The notes beneath the pieces are model-generated. The model was not told the DNA's origin, did not search any database, and saw nothing but the letters and a program-made list of their open reading frames with translations. Shown piece after piece: positions 60,826 through 64,000 of a stretch of 64,000 nt of DNA. The stretch's first letter is position 1. The number at the start of each line of letters is the position of its first letter. The position numbers and the translations under genes are program-made. Source of the DNA: an uncultured Victivallaceae bacterium (lineage in GTDB: Bacteria > Verrucomicrobiota > Lentisphaeria > Victivallales > GWF2-50-93); contig CAZWRV010000019.1 in assembly GCA_964636325.1 (NCBI GenBank), forward strand, positions 10,471 to 74,470, read 5' to 3'.

Positions 60826-62028
60826 TCAGTCATTCTGCCGGATGTTGGCAGTTGGAGCTTGGATATCCATCATGGTCTTCATGACGGATTCGGCGGCCTT
60901 CCTGCTGGCGTTGACGCTGCCGGAGGAGAGCATCTGTGCGACGAGGGCCATTCCCTCCTCGACCTCGGCCCTGCGCTCGCCGCCGGGGAGGATTTTCTCC
61001 AGCTCGTCGCAGAGTATCTCCGGATCGACGGCCTCCTGTATGTATTCCTTGAATACTGTCTTGTTGGCGATGATGTTGACCATGGTGAAGAAGTCCCTGT
61101 AGAACCTTTTGATGACGAGCTTGCCGAGGGTGAAGGTGATCGGGTTGACCCTGTAGATGACGACGAGGGGGAGCCCGGCGATGGCGCATTCGACGGTGAC
61201 GGTCCCGGAGGCGGCGAGGCCGGTGCCGCCCTCCTGGAGCCATTTGGAGGTTTCGCCGCAGGTCACGGTGAACTGGGGGAGCTTCTCGTCCCTGCGCGAA
61301 TCGCAGAATTCGCCCACCATCTTCGCGCACTGGTCGTAGATGCGGTTCCTCGGCGTGGAGATCACATACTTCAGGTCGGGGCGCCTCTTGTGGAGGAGGA
61401 CGGCGGTCCCGAGCATGTCCGGAAGGAGCCTGCGGACCTCGTCGCCCCTGCTGCCGGGAAGGAGGACGACCTTGGAGGGATCCCTTATGAATGAGACGTC
61501 GGTGCGGTCGCTTATGATTTGTATCAGCGGATGACCGACGAACTCGACGTCGAGGCCCGTGCCCTTGTAGACTTCGGTCTCGAACGGGAAGATGACCATC
61601 ATCTTCGTGCAGTATTCGGCGAGCTTAGGAATGCGGCCCTTGCCCCAGACCCAGACCTGCGGGCTGACATACCATATGACCGGAATGCCGTTCTTGTGCA
61701 TCTGCCTGGCGAAGCGCAGGTTGAAGCCCGGATAGTCTATCAGGATGACGGCGTCTGGGCGCTCCTTGATGGCGCGGCTCCTGAGGCGGAGGAATATCCT
61801 GATAAAGGTGAATATGTGCTTGAAGACCTCGATGAGCCCGACGATGCCGAGCTCGGAGGAGTCCACCATGAGTTCCACGCCGGCCTTGCGCATTTCGCGC
61901 GAGCCCATGCCGGCGATGCGCAGCGGCTTGTCGAAAGGGAGTTGCCTCAGCTCGGACGCGAGACGTGCGCCGTAGAGGTCTCCGGAGGCCTCGCCGGCGA
62001 ATATCCATACGAGGTAGTAATCTCTCAC
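60826..62028 (-). CDS. lpxB: Lipid-A-disaccharide synthase
   Basis: FAGEASGDLYG, LIDYPGFN, WYVSPQVWVW, FVGHPL, LLPGSR, ASGTVTVE; GTG start overlapping the ADH stop. Confidence 0.93.
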   Translation of the reverse strand: MRDYYLVWIFAGEASGDLYGARLASELRQLPFDKPLRIAGMGSREMRKAGVELMVDSSELGIVGLIEVFKHIFTFIRIFLRLRSRAIKERPDAVILIDYPGFNLRFARQMHKNGIPVIWYVSPQVWVWGKGRIPKLAEYCTKMMVIFPFETEVYKGTGLDVEFVGHPLIQIISDRTDVSFIRDPSKVVLLPGSRGDEVRRLLPDMLGTAVLLHKRRPDLKYVISTPRNRIYDQCAKMVGEFCDSRRDEKLPQFTVTCGETSKWLQEGGTGLAASGTVTVECAIAGLPLVVIYRVNPITFTLGKLVIKRFYRDFFTMVNIIANKTVFKEYIQEAVDPEILCDELEKILPGGERRAEVEEGMALVAQMLSSGSVNASRKAAESVMKTMMDIQAPTANIRQND

Positions 62029-63191
62029 ATCGCGGCCTTGTAGATGTCGATGACGTCCTGGAGCTTGGGAACTCTCGGGTTGGTCGCGCCGCATGCATCC
62101 TTCATGGCGTTTTCTGCCATGGTCTTGAAGTCCTCCTCCCTGACCTTGAGCTCCTTGAGGCCTGATGGAATGCCCACATCCTTGGAGAGCACCGTGATCG
62201 CGTCGATGGCGACATCGGCCGCGGCCCTGGCCGAGAGGCCGGAGACGTTTTCGCCGAGGGCTTCGGCGACGTCGGCGAACCTTTCGAGCCTGGAGATGAG
62301 GTTGAACCTGCTGACGTGGGGCAGGAGTATGGCGTTGCACATCCCGTGCGCGAGGTTGTAGAGGCCGCCGAGCTGGTGCGCCATGGCGTGGACGTAGCCG
62401 AGGCTGGCGTTGTTGAAGGCCATGCCCGCGAGGTATTCGGCGTATGCCATCCTGTCGCGGGCCTCCATGTCCGCACCGTTCGCGACGGCCGGCCGCAGGA
62501 ACTGCGAGATCAGCTCGATGGCCTTCAATGCACAGGCGTCTGTGACCGGCGTGGCGATCGTGGAGACGTAGGCCTCGACGGCGTGCGTGAGGGCGTCCAT
62601 CCCTGTGCAGGCGGTGAGGAAGGGCGGCATGCCGGCCATGAGAAGCGGATCGTTGAGCGCGATCGTCGGGGTGGTCCGCCAGTCGACGATGGCCATCTTT
62701 ATGTGCCGCTTCGTGTCGGTGATGATGCAGAAGCGGGTCATTTCGCTGGCGGTGCCGGCCGTCGTGTTCACGGCGATGAACGGAGGCATTGCCTTCGTGG
62801 ACTTGTCAACCCCCTCGTAGTCGTTGATCTTCCCCCCGTTGCTGGCGACGATGCCGACGCCCTTGCCGCAGTCGTGGGCGCTGCCTCCGCCGAGAGTGAT
62901 GATCATGTCGCATCCGTTCTTCTGATAGGCGTCCAGGCCTTCCGCCACGTTCACGTCCGTCGGGTTCGGAACAGTCTTGTCGTAGACCGCCGCAGCGATT
63001 CCGGTGTCCTTCTTGATCAGATCGACGATCTTCTGCGTCATGCCGACTTTTGTCATGCCTTCGTCCGTGACCAGCAGCGGCTTCCTGCCGCCGAGGCTCT
63101 TCATTCTTGCGCCGAGCTCCTTGTGGCAGCCGACGCCCATGAGTGTCACGCACGGGATGAAGAATCCGTAGGTCTGTTCGTTGATCGCCAT
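62025..63191 (-). CDS. Iron-containing alcohol dehydrogenase (DhaT/Adh-type)
   Basis: LGGGSAHDCGK, NTTAGTASE, GMDALTHAVEAY, GYVHAMAHQLGG, HGMCNAILLPHV. Confidence 0.95.
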   Translation of the reverse strand: MAINEQTYGFFIPCVTLMGVGCHKELGARMKSLGGRKPLLVTDEGMTKVGMTQKIVDLIKKDTGIAAAVYDKTVPNPTDVNVAEGLDAYQKNGCDMIITLGGGSAHDCGKGVGIVASNGGKINDYEGVDKSTKAMPPFIAVNTTAGTASEMTRFCIITDTKRHIKMAIVDWRTTPTIALNDPLLMAGMPPFLTACTGMDALTHAVEAYVSTIATPVTDACALKAIELISQFLRPAVANGADMEARDRMAYAEYLAGMAFNNASLGYVHAMAHQLGGLYNLAHGMCNAILLPHVSRFNLISRLERFADVAEALGENVSGLSARAAADVAIDAITVLSKDVGIPSGLKELKVREEDFKTMAENAMKDACGATNPRVPKLQDVIDIYKAAM

Positions 63192-63322
63192 GGCTTTTGC
63201 TCCTTTCGGAAAAATGTCCTATATCCTTAATAATTAGAACATATAGCCAGTGAAATATCAAATTCAAGAAGAATCAACTGGAGCCAATCTGATTTAAAGG
63301 ATTTTGGCGTGGATGGCCAGGA

Positions 63323-64000
63323 TCACTGCGTCTTCCCGTGCAGGAATTCCTGCGTGATGCGGTTGTATTCGAGGAGCCTGGAGAATGGGAAAGCCAGATT
63401 GAGCTCGAAGAGGATGCCCTTGAAGTCTGCGCCGGGGCCTTGGCTTTCCTCGGCCTTGTAGAGGCCCTTGCCGATGTCGAATCCGAAGGGGAGGAGGCTT
63501 GACGGGCGGCCGTTCATCTTCATCCGGAAGAAGAGGTTCTCTTCGACGTTGTTGAGGCTGATGGAGACCCAGTCGTAGTTGAACTCCTTGAGCGCCTGCT
63601 GGGCGATTGCCAATCCCAGGGCCTGGCCGGTCACCGATTCGTCGATCGGCAGGAAGTCGGAGCTTTTGAAAATAATGGTGCCGCCCACGCCCGGGGACGA
63701 GAACAGGAATCCGTCGGTGAAGACGAAGGCGTCCTTGGAGATACTGACAGGTATGCGGCCGCTGACGGTTCCGTCGCCCTTGACCTGGGCGATCTTGAAC
63801 TGCCTGAGGAACTCGGAGAGGTTCATCCTGTCGCAGTAGACGATGGATTCGAAGGGCTGGCCCGCATGAACCCTCATGGCGTGGGTGTAGGCGTGGCCGT
63901 GGCACCATGAGAAGTCCGCCTTTTCGAGGAAGAAGGTGGTGGGCGACTCGAGCTGGAATTCGACGTTGCCGTTGTCGATGGCGAAGTTGCCGAGAGACAG
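63323..64000 (-). CDS. YdbH/DctA-like intermembrane transport domain protein, C-terminal part (5'-truncated by window edge)
   Basis: GDGTVSGRIPVSI...DGFLFSSPGVGGTI...ALKEFNYD; the frame is open to position 64000. Confidence 0.7.
   Translation of the reverse strand: MSLGNFAIDNGNVEFQLESPTTFFLEKADFSWCHGHAYTHAMRVHAGQPFESIVYCDRMNLSEFLRQFKIAQVKGDGTVSGRIPVSISKDAFVFTDGFLFSSPGVGGTIIFKSSDFLPIDESVTGQALGLAIAQQALKEFNYDWVSISLNNVEENLFFRMKMNGRPSSLLPFGFDIGKGLYKAEESQGPGADFKGILFELNLAFPFSRLLEYNRITQEFLHGKTQ

Overview
About 60% GC Gram-negative bacterial DNA, probably PVC superphylum and Lentisphaerota-like. This is inferred from alpha2-type GlyRS, lpxB, pilin-like [11 protein letters not shown]9-DG proteins and giant secreted DUF6067-like proteins. 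Housekeeping genes flank the window: CNNM/CorC pair, glyQS and smpB on the left; ppk1, ppx, flotillin, lpxB, Fe-ADH and a partial YdbH-like gene on the right. Between them is a ~45 kb accessory mosaic with four parts. (i) 7.6-16.5 kb: secreted/surface proteins plus a TMTC-like glycosyltransferase. (ii) 18.5-39.6 kb: a + strand cluster resembling a polysaccharide-utilisation locus but without SusC/D or ABC transporters. It holds three paralogous ~1200-aa putative glycoside hydrolases, two pilin-like proteins, an exported HEAT protein, GntR/LacI regulators and a coupled QueG-like/U32-like Fe-S pair, punctuated by 10-bp-period repeat arrays. (iii) 40-53.4 kb: a cytoplasmic catabolic cluster with three URO-D-fold paralogs, a tandem ADP-ribosylglycohydrolase, a GH2 and two AraC regulators. 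(iv) Three toxin-antitoxin modules, one with a frameshifted AbiEii toxin. Scars include an orphan 3' half of tRNA-Pro(GGG) resembling an att site, an IS1634-like remnant, several truncated genes and at least four families of short palindromic intergenic repeats. No CRISPR array, rRNA or intact tRNA was seen. Family calls come from motif recognition by eye; no database search was run.
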